From a bacterium (GTDB lineage Bacteria > UBP7 > UBA6624 > JBBIMK01): DNA of 32,000 nt. The stretch covers positions 18,363-50,362 of the forward strand of contig JBBIMK010000015.1 in assembly GCA_037444445.1 (NCBI GenBank), in the 5' to 3' direction. The notes below the pieces were generated by a model, which was not told the origin of the DNA, ran no database searches, and saw only the letters and a program-made list of their open reading frames with translations. The translations under genes were made by a program, and so were the position numbers. Positions 1 through 8,921 of the stretch are shown here, piece by piece; the first letter of the stretch is position 1; each line of letters opens with the position of its first letter.

Positions 1-1
1 C

Positions 2-2611
2 TCCACTCCCTCTCTTCCTCAGGAAGATATTTTGGCTCTTTTGTATACAGGCAGACGTTTAAGCGACTTTCAAGGTGGCCCTCAAAATTTGCCGGCTGAA
101 GCCCTTTCTCTTTCCTTCTCCGCCCTTCTATCACAAAATTTAGAAAGGGGATTCTTCCAGAGAGTGGTGATTCCTCCCAGTCTCTTCGGAAAATCGGCAG
201 GGCAAACCTCACTACTCACACTGGGGAAAAGCATCGGTAGTAAACTGTTTATCACACATTCTACGGATTTAGAAGCAGGCAAAGAAAGCACCACGGAACT
301 TTCCTACCGCTTCCGTCCGAACTGGGAATTCATCCTTCAAAGAGATGAAGAGCGTGAGCCCGGCATCGTGCTAAAATACCAGGGATTGATGGGCAAGAAA
401 AAAACCCCCTTTTTCTCCTTCTCCCTTCCTCATAAAATTCGTGAAATTCAGTTACAATCTGACCTGAATGAGCCTTACCATTCCCAGCTCTTGAGTTTCA
501 TCCCTTACAAGGCTGGAGACCCCATTCGCACAGCCCAGCAAAGTCAAATCCGTGAATCCATTCTCCAGTGGTTACATTCTCACGGCTATCTTCAAGCATT
601 TGTGAATGTTTCTCTGGAAGAACTCCCGGATGGAGTGAACATCCAGATACGTGTTAACGCCGGTGCTATAAAAGAGGTTCAAATAGAAGGCGTGGAGGAA
701 CCGGACAGACGGGCTCTGGAAAATAGAATCAGGGAAATCTGGAAAGAAGCCATATCCGACCGCTCCTTTGCGGCGGAAGCCATCCAGGAAATCCAACACT
801 TTTATCAAGAAAGAGGATACTTATTTGCGGAGAGCCGGATTAAGTTAGAGAGGGAAGCGGAAAAAACACGAGCCATTATCACAATTGCAAAAGGACGCTT
901 GCAAAGGGTAGAGACGGTTCAATTCGTGGGTGCGTCTCCAGATTTTCAACCCTTCCTACGAAAGCAAATGCTACTGAAATCAGGAAGCCTCATTGTAGCC
1001 TCTCTCTTGAAACAGACTCAGGAGCGGTTTTCCTTATTCTACCAGGATAATGGATTCTACGATGTGCATATGGAGCATTCTATTCTTCAGGTAGAAAATA
1101 AAGATACAGCCATCGTTACTTTTCAGATTCAGGAAGGGATTCGGTATAGGCTACGCTCTGTGGCCGTGCAAAGCGATGAAAAAATAGAAGACGCCATCGG
1201 ACAGCCCTGGAAAAAAATGATGAGGATTGGAGAACCGTTGTCCATTACAAGCGTTCAGCAAGCAAAGAAGGAATTGCTTCATGCTTTGCAAAAGCAAGGC
1301 TATTTGGAAGCTGCCGTTCAGTTCTATATTCTGAAATCTCCGGAAGTGGGAGAGGCAGATGTCCTTTTTTCTTTGAAAAGCGGTCCCCTTTATACCATTC
1401 AGGACCATCAAATCACTGGAGTTTCGTCTCCATACTTGAAGTCTCTCATAGAAAAAGAAGTTGTTTTTCATCCCGGGGAACCTTTGAACCTGGAAAAACT
1501 GGAGGAAACGCGTTGGAACATTTCTTCCACAGGTCTTTTTCAATCTGTGCGAGTAACCTATACGAAGGGAATGCGTGAATCCTCACAGTCAAATCTTGTC
1601 CCTTGCCATGTCCAGATTTATGCGGAAGAAAATACTTCCATTTCACTGGTGGCTCGCGGGGGCTGGAATGCTTCTCAGGGTGCGGATATCTCCATATATC
1701 TTACGGACTACAACTGGGCACACTCTGGCAAGCAAGCCTACATCCAGGGGGAGGCATCTGAACGTGTACTCACCAGCGGGTTGGGATTATCCACACCACG
1801 ACTCTGGGCTCGGAATCAGCAAGGCAGCGTATCCCTGCTATTTCAGCGAGAAAAACAGGCCGCCTTCACCCTGAGTCGCGAGAATGCCATTGTAGAATTC
1901 CGGCGCACACCGCAGAGGTTTAACCAGTTTACCATCCGGTTAAACCTGGAGAAGGCACGATATTCCGATTTCACAGGTGACCCTACCAGTTTCCCACGCA
2001 AGGATGAATTCCTTTCCAGTTTAACCTTTTCCTACCTGAGGGACCGACGAGATGACTTCCTTTTTCCGTCTCACGGCGACCTTCTCATTACCAGCCTGAA
2101 AACCTCAGGTGATTTTATGGGGTCACAACGAGATTTCGTTCGGACTTATTTTCAGTATACCCGCTTCCAGCCACTCCCCTCTCATTTAACTCTGGCTACC
2201 GGAGTGCGTCTCGGCCTGGGAAAAACCTTTGATGCGGACTCTCTGCTTCCACCGGGCGAGCGATTTTTCGCGGGCGGTGATAACTCCCTCCGGGGATTTG
2301 AAGTCAATACCCTCGGACCCAAAGACCCACAAACAGCGAAGCCCATTGGCGGTAATGCCATGCTTCTACTCAATCAAGAACTCCGATACCGCCTCTCTTC
2401 CTCCTACGGGTTTCATATCTTTTACGATTATGGAAATATTTTTCGCAGGGTCGCCGATGTAGAAAACTGGCGGGGGCGCTCCGGCGCCGGCGTTGGTGCT
2501 TTTTTTCAAACACCCCTGGGACCATTTCGTCTGGAACTTGCCCGAAACCTGAATCCGGAGCCTACCGAAGATACTTACCGCATCCACTTCGGCTTTGGCT
2601 TTGCCTTTTAA
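2..2611 (+). CDS. 5'-truncated ORF: TamB-type DUF490 C-terminal domain fused in frame to an Omp85 family (TamA/BamA-like) outer-membrane protein with POTRA repeats and a beta-barrel
   Basis: The frame is open from the window edge (pos 2) to TAA at 2609-2611. The first ~115 aa (PSLPQEDILALLYTGRRLSDF ... LGKSIGSKLFITHSTDL ... ELSYRFRPNWEFILQRD ... GIVLKYQ) look like the conserved C-terminal end of TamB/DUF490 proteins. No stop follows them. After a short linker (GLMGKKKTPFFSFSLPHK) come repeated POTRA-like units (IREIQLQSD.., VETVQFVGAS.., LRSVAVQSDE.., IQDHQITGVS..). These are followed by an Omp85 barrel with FFAGGDNSLRGF, GGNAMLLLNQELRY, FYDYGNIF, GAGVGAFFQTPLGPFRLELA and a terminal FGFGFAF ending in Phe. 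Confidence 0.8.
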   Translation, partial: STPSLPQEDILALLYTGRRLSDFQGGPQNLPAEALSLSFSALLSQNLERGFFQRVVIPPSLFGKSAGQTSLLTLGKSIGSKLFITHSTDLEAGKESTTELSYRFRPNWEFILQRDEEREPGIVLKYQGLMGKKKTPFFSFSLPHKIREIQLQSDLNEPYHSQLLSFIPYKAGDPIRTAQQSQIRESILQWLHSHGYLQAFVNVSLEELPDGVNIQIRVNAGAIKEVQIEGVEEPDRRALENRIREIWKEAISDRSFAAEAIQEIQHFYQERGYLFAESRIKLEREAEKTRAIITIAKGRLQRVETVQFVGASPDFQPFLRKQMLLKSGSLIVASLLKQTQERFSLFYQDNGFYDVHMEHSILQVENKDTAIVTFQIQEGIRYRLRSVAVQSDEKIEDAIGQPWKKMMRIGEPLSITSVQQAKKELLHALQKQGYLEAAVQFYILKSPEVGEADVLFSLKSGPLYTIQDHQITGVSSPYLKSLIEKEVVFHPGEPLNLEKLEETRWNISSTGLFQSVRVTYTKGMRESSQSNLVPCHVQIYAEENTSISLVARGGWNASQGADISIYLTDYNWAHSGKQAYIQGEASERVLTSGLGLSTPRLWARNQQGSVSLLFQREKQAAFTLSRENAIVEFRRTPQRFNQFTIRLNLEKARYSDFTGDPTSFPRKDEFLSSLTFSYLRDRRDDFLFPSHGDLLITSLKTSGDFMGSQRDFVRTYFQYTRFQPLPSHLTLATGVRLGLGKTFDADSLLPPGERFFAGGDNSLRGFEVNTLGPKDPQTAKPIGGNAMLLLNQELRYRLSSSYGFHIFYDYGNIFRRVADVENWRGRSGAGVGAFFQTPLGPFRLELARNLNPEPTEDTYRIHFGFGFAF

Positions 2612-2778
2612 CTCGTTCCCCCGCTCTTTCCATTGGCATATTCGTAGAATCATCACTATATCCCGGGACCAACCTGTTCAGTTTGACAGAAGCAACCCCG
2701 AAAAATAAAATGTTTATCGGCTTTGCAAAGGGAACTAAAAATCTTTCAACTCATTCTGTTAAGGAGGAAGCGTTGGGA

Positions 2779-3870
2779 ATGGTCTTTAGAGGAAAACTGA
2801 AAGGATGGATAGTAGGGGTTGGCGTTTGCACCCTCTTTTTCATTCTGCAGGGGAAAGAAGGAAGCATCCAGGGAGTAGGTGTGACTGCTTCTTATGGGAT
2901 AGAAATTAAAACCACGAAAGATTTAATTGCGGTGGGCAAAGAGATTGCGGAAAAGAAGGCAGGATGTAATATATGTCATAAAGTCGGTGAACCCGGAGGA
3001 AGATGCCCGGATTGGCAGGGAGTTGGTGGTCGGGCTGGTGCTCGCAAGCCCGGCATGTCCGCAGAAGCCTATTTGATTGAAAGCCTGGAAAATCCAGGGG
3101 CTTTTGTCGTGCCAGGTTATCCAAACATCATGCCTAAAGTTACTGGCCCGCCTGCCAACCTTACGAGAGATGAAATTCTTGCGGTAGTGGCCTATTTAGA
3201 AAGCCTGGGAGGGACTGTTACGATTAAACCGGAGAATGTAAAAATCACTGAAATTATTCCATCAACGGCCTCAGGTGGCTCTACCCTGATTGATAAAGGC
3301 AAAGAGATTTTTCAGGGCAAAGGGTTATGTTTCACCTGTCATTCGTTAAAAAGAGGTGAAAGGATTCTGGGGCCCAGCCTGGCGGACATCGGAGCCCGAG
3401 CGACAGAGGCATACATCCGCCAGTCCATCTTAGAGCCTAACGCCGTCATCGTCTCAGGTTTTCCCGGAAATGTGATGCCTCAAAATTTTAACGAAATGCT
3501 CACAGAAGAAGAAATCAATGAGGTCGTAGCGTTTTTAGTTTCCTTAAAAGGTTCTGAGGAAGAATTGCAAGCAAAAATAAAAGAGGGGGAAAAACTCTTC
3601 CGAACCAGAGGGGGTTGTATCGGATGCCATCAAGTAAATGGGGAAGGAGGTTTTGTTGGACCCGACCTCACAGGCGTTGGCTCCATCTACTCGGAAGAAT
3701 ACCTGCGAGAATCCATCGTAAATCCCAATGCGCTGGTCGTGAAAGGGTATCCCCGCAGCATTATGCCTCTAATTTTTGGAAAGGTTCTGTCAGAAAGAGA
3801 AATTAATTCTCTGGTAGCCTATTTGAAATCATTGACTACTACTCCTCCTGCAGAAAAGTCCACTCCTTGA
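2779..3870 (+). CDS. Membrane-anchored c-type cytochrome with three tandem class-I-like heme-binding domains
   Basis: There are three CxxCH motifs: CNICH (2965-2979), CFTCH (3328-3342) and CIGCH (3616-3630). Each heads a ~100-aa repeat with the same layout: CxxCH, G(P)xL..G, YLxESIxNPNAxVVxGYPxxMP, and EIxxxVAYLxSL. The N-terminal hydrophobic helix is WIVGVGVCTLFFIL. I chose ATG 2779 as the start because a perfect AAGGAGG lies at 2761-2767. The ORF-track TTG start at 2683 has no such signal. Confidence 0.85.
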   Translation: MVFRGKLKGWIVGVGVCTLFFILQGKEGSIQGVGVTASYGIEIKTTKDLIAVGKEIAEKKAGCNICHKVGEPGGRCPDWQGVGGRAGARKPGMSAEAYLIESLENPGAFVVPGYPNIMPKVTGPPANLTRDEILAVVAYLESLGGTVTIKPENVKITEIIPSTASGGSTLIDKGKEIFQGKGLCFTCHSLKRGERILGPSLADIGARATEAYIRQSILEPNAVIVSGFPGNVMPQNFNEMLTEEEINEVVAFLVSLKGSEEELQAKIKEGEKLFRTRGGCIGCHQVNGEGGFVGPDLTGVGSIYSEEYLRESIVNPNALVVKGYPRSIMPLIFGKVLSEREINSLVAYLKSLTTTPPAEKSTP

Positions 3871-3930
3871 TGTATATTTGTAATCTGGCTTACTGAAATC
3901 CGTTCACACATAAGACACGATATATATAGA

Positions 3931-5010
3931 ATGAAAAGGAGAAAGGACGTTCAAAATTTATTTTTCTTGTTGTGGATTATTCTGGCATTAAGCGGGGGAA
4001 ATACTTCCGAAAAAAGAACTGCAAAATCGCCTGCTGAACAGTTGGTGTGGGGATGTCCTGCAAAAGATTGCATCCCCGCTATGGATGACCCGATTTTTAC
4101 CACTCCTCAAAAGGTGAACGAAAAAGTAAAATTTCTTCTGCCTGAAGACATCGTTATCGGGGTGAGTATGTCAGGTGAAGCAAAAGCCTATCCTCATAAA
4201 ATTCTGACTCGTCATGAAATCGTTAATGACAAAATTGGAGATGTTCCCATCGTGGTAACCTACTGTCCTCTTTGTGGCTCCGGAATGGTATTGGATAGCA
4301 GAATAGATGGCAAGCGGCTGACTTTTGGAGTTTCAGGCAGGCTACTGAATTCGGATTTAGTGATGTATGACCGGGAGACGGAAACTCTCTGGTCGCAAAT
4401 TACCGGGGAAGCAATCCTGGGAAAACTGGTCGGGAAAAAACTATCCATTCTTCCAACCTATCAGGGAACCTGGAAAAAATGGGTGGAACTTCACCCCCAC
4501 ACATTGGTTCTTATCTTCAAAGAAGCACGAATCCCCTATTTTTTCTTACAAAATCCGTATGGAGATTATGATAAAACCCCATCCATTCATTTCCCTGTTA
4601 CCCACTATGATGACCGGTATTTTCCGAAGGAAAAAGTTCTCGGAATACACCTCTCTCCCTCGGGAAAGGCGAAAGCCTACCCATTTTCTGAACTCAACCG
4701 GGTTATGGTGGTTAATGATGAATTACAAGATAAGAAACTGGCGATTTTTTATAGCCGAAAAGGGCAGGTGGCACTGGCATACTCCAGCGCAGTAGAAAAC
4801 AAGGTATTACACTTTCAGCCCGCCGGACCGGATAGATTCAGAGACGAAGAGACGGGAACCCTCTGGAACTTGAAGGGAGAAGCCATTCAAGGAGAATGGA
4901 AAGGGAAGCAACTGAGCCCGATTAGCGCTGTTTCTGGATATTGGTTTGCCTGGGTCGCTTTTTATCCAGGAACGGAAGTCTTTCAAGCCGCACGAGAAAA
5001 AAAGAAATAA
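3931..5010 (+). CDS. Secreted DUF3179 family protein (function unknown)
   Basis: N-terminal signal-like segment LFFLLWIILALSGG. The core matches my memory of the DUF3179 consensus: KDCIPAMDDPIF, GEAKAYPHKILTRHEIVND, VTYCPLCGSG, TFGVSGRLLNSDLVMYDRETETLWSQ. Confidence 0.8.
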   Translation: MKRRKDVQNLFFLLWIILALSGGNTSEKRTAKSPAEQLVWGCPAKDCIPAMDDPIFTTPQKVNEKVKFLLPEDIVIGVSMSGEAKAYPHKILTRHEIVNDKIGDVPIVVTYCPLCGSGMVLDSRIDGKRLTFGVSGRLLNSDLVMYDRETETLWSQITGEAILGKLVGKKLSILPTYQGTWKKWVELHPHTLVLIFKEARIPYFFLQNPYGDYDKTPSIHFPVTHYDDRYFPKEKVLGIHLSPSGKAKAYPFSELNRVMVVNDELQDKKLAIFYSRKGQVALAYSSAVENKVLHFQPAGPDRFRDEETGTLWNLKGEAIQGEWKGKQLSPISAVSGYWFAWVAFYPGTEVFQAAREKKK

Positions 5011-5047
5011 GGATTTACCTTCCAGAGTTCACAGCAGGAAACTTGCG

Positions 5048-6427
5048 TTAAACAGAGTATTCTTGCACCAGAGTGCGACATAACCGTTGAAGTTCTGGAG
5101 CCAGTTCAACAGGATAATGAGCCTGAGTATGGATGGATTTCACTTCAGGAGGGAAACGCGAGAGGTTTTCATAGAATCTTTTTTGAAGGTTTTGAAGAGA
5201 GGGGATATTTCCGATAATTTCGCCATTTTCCATAACCTTATGGAGGAGAGGGAAAGAATTCCTGGTGGGAATGGGTTCGTCCTGGAGTGCAATGATGTCT
5301 TTAAGGAATTGCCCCTGCGAGTTCAGGCACCGGTAGACCTGTTTTTTCCCTGGCAGGGTAAGTTTTCCCTGCGAGAGTTTAATAGTGGGGCGGCCATCCC
5401 TGTCCACGAGTTTATACACACCACCCAAGTAGGGAGCATCTGCGGAGGTGCCCAGTTGTGTTCCCACGCCCCAAAAATCTATAGGACAGTTTGCCCGGGT
5501 CAGTTCTGCTATCCGCCATTCATTCAAATCGCCACTGGCTAAAATTTTCACATAGGGAAAGCCGTTAGAATCCAGGATTTCACGGACCTTCCTGGAAAGG
5601 AAATTCAAATCACCACTATCCAGGCGAACCCCGCGCAGTTTCTGACCTTTCTGCTCCATTTCCTTTGCCACAGTTACGGCAATTTTGGCACCATTCAGCG
5701 TGTCATAAGTATCTATCAACAGGATGGAATTGTCAGGAAAATCTGTAATGAAAGACCGAAAAGCCGTGAGTTCATCTGGATAAGACATCACATAAGAATG
5801 AGCCATGGTGCCGTAAACAGGAATGGAATAGAATTGGCCTGCAAGCACGTTGGAAGTTCCCACGCATCCAGCGATAAAGGAAGCCCGGGCGGCTTTTAAA
5901 GCGGCATCACAACCATGGTCACGACGAGGCGAGAAATCTACCACAGATTTTCCATCAGCGGCCAGGATAATCCTCGCCGTTTTAGAGGCCACCATGCTCT
6001 GATAATTGATGGTATTTAGAAGGAATGTTTCCACCAGTTGAGCCTGAATCAGAGGGGCGGTCACCCGGATGAGCGGCTCCTGGGGGAAAAAAATCTGCCC
6101 CTCTTCCATGGCCCACACTTCACCCGTAAAGCGAAAGTGACGAAGGTAGGAGAGAAAATCCTCCTCAAAGAGTTTCAAGGTTCGTAGATACTGTATGGAT
6201 TCTTCACCAAAAGACAGATGCTGGAGGTAATAAAGGACTTGCTCCAGCCCGGCGCTGACCAGCAATGAACGGTTAGGCGGCAAATGGCGGACGAAAAGGT
6301 CAAAAGTACTTTCCTCATTCTTTTTCTGCCGAAAATAACTGGCGGACATCGTCAACTCGTAGAGGTCTGTCAACATCCCCATATTTTGGGAAGTAACGAA
6401 GTCACCGCTCACTGTTTCGCTCACCAA
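5048..6427 (-). CDS. pncB: Nicotinate phosphoribosyltransferase
   Basis: [11 protein letters not shown] near the N-terminus, GTMAHSYVM, and RLDSGDL..GVGT, which is typical of NAPRTase. The start is uncertain: TTG 6427 from the track, or ATG 6382/6376 just before LTDLYELTM. Confidence 0.85.
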   Translation of the reverse strand: MVSETVSGDFVTSQNMGMLTDLYELTMSASYFRQKKNEESTFDLFVRHLPPNRSLLVSAGLEQVLYYLQHLSFGEESIQYLRTLKLFEEDFLSYLRHFRFTGEVWAMEEGQIFFPQEPLIRVTAPLIQAQLVETFLLNTINYQSMVASKTARIILAADGKSVVDFSPRRDHGCDAALKAARASFIAGCVGTSNVLAGQFYSIPVYGTMAHSYVMSYPDELTAFRSFITDFPDNSILLIDTYDTLNGAKIAVTVAKEMEQKGQKLRGVRLDSGDLNFLSRKVREILDSNGFPYVKILASGDLNEWRIAELTRANCPIDFWGVGTQLGTSADAPYLGGVYKLVDRDGRPTIKLSQGKLTLPGKKQVYRCLNSQGQFLKDIIALQDEPIPTRNSFPLLHKVMENGEIIGNIPSLQNLQKRFYENLSRFPPEVKSIHTQAHYPVELAPELQRLCRTLVQEYSV

Positions 6428-6453
6428 TATAGAAAAATGAAAGGGTAACGAGG

Positions 6454-6813
6454 TTATTGGTTACCTAATGGCTCTACCCTGATCTGCCGCTGAACGATGC
6501 TTCTTAATACCCTCACCGTTTCTTGCTTCTCTTTGAATCCAAGGAAAGAACCCGGTTTGACCTTGATGATATAGGTTCCCATAGGAACTCTGCGAGAGAA
6601 TGTATAATTACCCTCCATGTCAACCGTAGCGGTATCCAGATATTCGCCACCCGTGGTCCAGAGTTCTACTTTGGCGTCAGGCAAAGCTGCGGTCTCGCCG
6701 TTGGGCATTAACATCACGACACGGCCTGTGATTTTTGCCCGAACAAAAAAACATCCGGTCAACAGGAGTAGCACCCCGCCGGTGAAGAGAATCTTTTTAT
6801 ATGTATTCACCAC
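6454..6813 (-). CDS. Small lipoprotein with a carboxypeptidase-regulatory-like (CarboxypepD_reg-type) beta-sandwich motif
   Basis: Lipobox LLLTGC follows a hydrophobic segment. ITGRVV...LPDAKVELW...[11 protein letters not shown] resembles CarboxypepD_reg/Big-like domains. AAAGGAG (6820-6826, minus strand) directly abuts the first GTG (6819). The in-frame GTG at 6813 or 6810 therefore has better spacing. Confidence 0.55.
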   Translation of the reverse strand: MVNTYKKILFTGGVLLLLTGCFFVRAKITGRVVMLMPNGETAALPDAKVELWTTGGEYLDTATVDMEGNYTFSRRVPMGTYIIKVKPGSFLGFKEKQETVRVLRSIVQRQIRVEPLGNQ

Positions 6814-6825
6814 ACACACCTCCTT

Positions 6826-8313
6826 TTATTCAATTCCTTGAGCCTTCTGTAATCTGCCACTGTAATCTACATAGATGGTTTTCCATTCCGAGAAAATCTC
6901 AAGGAGTGTCCAGGCGGCGCCTTCTCGGTGCCCATTTCCCGTTTCTTTTACGCCACCGAAAGGCAAATGCACCTCGGAGCCAATCGTGGGTGCATTGATA
7001 TAAGTGATACCCGCATCAATCTCTTCCATCGCCCGAAAGGCAAAATGTAAATCGCGAGTATAGATAGAAGAGGATAAACCAAATCGGACGGCATTGGCGG
7101 CTTGAATGGCTTCCTCAAAACTACGAACACGCATCACCGAGAGAACAGGTCCAAAAATCTCTTCCTGGAAAAGGGTCATAGAAGGAGAAACATCCTCAAA
7201 AAGAGTCGGGGCATAAAAATTCCCTTTTTTGTATTCTCCCTGATTCAGGATTTCACCGCCGATACGAAGCGTAGCCCCTTCCTGAGTGCCTTTCTGCACA
7301 TAAGCGTGAATTTTGTGAAGTTGATGCTGGTTGATAACGGGGCCCACATCTACAGTGGGGTCCAGCCCATTTCCTACTTTCAGTTTCTGAATCCTCTGAA
7401 TAAGATTCTGAAGCAGAACAGGGTAAATGCCATCTTGAACGATTAAACGACTTGTGGCGGTGCATCGCTGACCGGTGGTTCCATAGGCTCCCCACAAAAT
7501 CCCTTCCACGGCCAAATCCACATCGGCATCATCCAGAACGATTACAGGATTTTTCCCACCCAGTTCCAAACTGACTTTTTTCATCTGCTTTCCAGCGACT
7601 TCAGCAATGTGCTTACCCGTTTCTACGGAGCCAGTGAAAGAAATCAACTGAACCCGGGGATGGTGAATCAACAATTCTCCGGTTTCCCCTCCTGAACCAT
7701 GGATTAAATTCAGGACGCCGGGTGGCAAATCCACTTCTTCAAAAACTTCCACCAGCAGAGTGCCCAATACTGGAGTAGAACTGGAAGGTTTGAATACAAC
7801 AGTATTTCCACATACCAGGGCAGGGGCAATCTTCCACATAGGAATCGCCATAGGGAAATTCCAGGGGGAGATAAGGGCACAGACGCCCACGGGTTTACGA
7901 AAAGCCATAGCCCATTTGTTGGGGAGTTCGGAGGGGGTGACCGCCCCCAGCATGCGCCTTCCTTCGCCGGCCAGATACTGGGCGCAATCAATGGCTTCCT
8001 GCACATCTCCACCCGCTTCTTTCAGGATTTTTCCCATTTCTCTTGTCATTTCTTTTGCCAGGTCCCACTTACGAGCGATCAGGATGTCTGCCGCTTTCAG
8101 CAAGAACTCCGCTCTCTTCGGGGCGGGGGTCCGTGCCCAACCGGGGAATGCCTGGGCGGCAGATTCTACGGCATCGTTAACATCTTCCACCCCTGACTTT
8201 GGGAAGTATGCAATGACATCTTCACAATTCGCAGGATTGACCACCGGGAAGGTTTCACCTGAGCGAGCGGGCTTCCATTTCCCACCGATATAGTTCAGAA
8301 AATTCCCACCCAT
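6826..8313 (-). CDS. NAD(P)+-dependent aldehyde dehydrogenase family protein
   Basis: 495 aa with ALDH hallmarks: FTGSVETGK, ELGGKNP (catalytic Glu), GQRCTATSR (catalytic Cys), EEIFGPV. Substrate cannot be assigned. Confidence 0.9.
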   Translation of the reverse strand: MGGNFLNYIGGKWKPARSGETFPVVNPANCEDVIAYFPKSGVEDVNDAVESAAQAFPGWARTPAPKRAEFLLKAADILIARKWDLAKEMTREMGKILKEAGGDVQEAIDCAQYLAGEGRRMLGAVTPSELPNKWAMAFRKPVGVCALISPWNFPMAIPMWKIAPALVCGNTVVFKPSSSTPVLGTLLVEVFEEVDLPPGVLNLIHGSGGETGELLIHHPRVQLISFTGSVETGKHIAEVAGKQMKKVSLELGGKNPVIVLDDADVDLAVEGILWGAYGTTGQRCTATSRLIVQDGIYPVLLQNLIQRIQKLKVGNGLDPTVDVGPVINQHQLHKIHAYVQKGTQEGATLRIGGEILNQGEYKKGNFYAPTLFEDVSPSMTLFQEEIFGPVLSVMRVRSFEEAIQAANAVRFGLSSSIYTRDLHFAFRAMEEIDAGITYINAPTIGSEVHLPFGGVKETGNGHREGAAWTLLEIFSEWKTIYVDYSGRLQKAQGIE

Positions 8314-8921
8314 TAACCTTCACTTCCTGGAAGAATTCTCACTTTCCGACCCTCTACCTTCAGCCGATTCTCGGCAAAAAGACGAACCGCCTGAGGATAA
8401 ATTCTATGTTCTTCCCTCAAAATTCGTTCTTCCAGCATTTCTGGCGAATCGTCCGTATGAACAGGAACGACTGCCTGGAGGATGATCGGTCCTGCATCCA
8501 CTTTTTCATCTACGAAGTGAACCGTGCAACCGGCTACTTTCACGCCATATTCCCACGCTCTTTGTTGAGCATGGAGTCCCTTAAAAGATGGAAGCAAAGC
8601 CGGGTGAATATTTAGAATTCGTCGGGGGAAAGTTTGAACAAAAGTCGGACTGAGAATTCTCATAAAACCAGCCAGACAAATCAAATCCACTCTATACTCC
8701 TGGAGTTTCTGTATCAACTGCTGTTCAAAATCCGGCAGGGAGGGTGAAACATACTCTGCTGGCACCTGCTTCAAAGATGCTCGTTTTAAGCCGTAAGCAT
8801 CTTCCCGGTCGCTCAAAACTATTACCACTTTACCTGGAATACGGCCATCCTCACAAGCATCCAGAATGGCTTGTAGATTTGACCCTCTGCCGGACACCAG
8901 AACTCCAATGCGGATGCTCAT
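8313..8921 (-). CDS. purN: Phosphoribosylglycinamide formyltransferase
   Basis: IGVLVSGRGSNLQAI, NIHPALLPSFKG, GCTVHFVDEKVDAGPII. ATGA overlap with the pnp stop. Its TAA shares 1 nt with the ALDH ATG. Confidence 0.92.
   Translation of the reverse strand: MSIRIGVLVSGRGSNLQAILDACEDGRIPGKVVIVLSDREDAYGLKRASLKQVPAEYVSPSLPDFEQQLIQKLQEYRVDLICLAGFMRILSPTFVQTFPRRILNIHPALLPSFKGLHAQQRAWEYGVKVAGCTVHFVDEKVDAGPIILQAVVPVHTDDSPEMLEERILREEHRIYPQAVRLFAENRLKVEGRKVRILPGSEG

Noticed and set aside
2683-2778. 32-codon N-terminal extension of the cytochrome c ORF (TTG start in the track).
   Set aside because: No ribosome-binding site precedes the TTG, whereas a perfect AAGGAGG precedes ATG 2779. The extension adds hydrophilic residues ahead of the membrane anchor.
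4367-4795. 142-aa plus-strand ORF in an alternative frame inside the DUF3179 gene. The same applies to other 60-130-aa internal ORFs in the track, such as 1151-1543, 7102-7446, 10346-10691 and 25115-25422.
   Set aside because: They are fully nested in strongly supported genes. Their composition is basic and low-complexity, with no start signals and no recognisable motifs.
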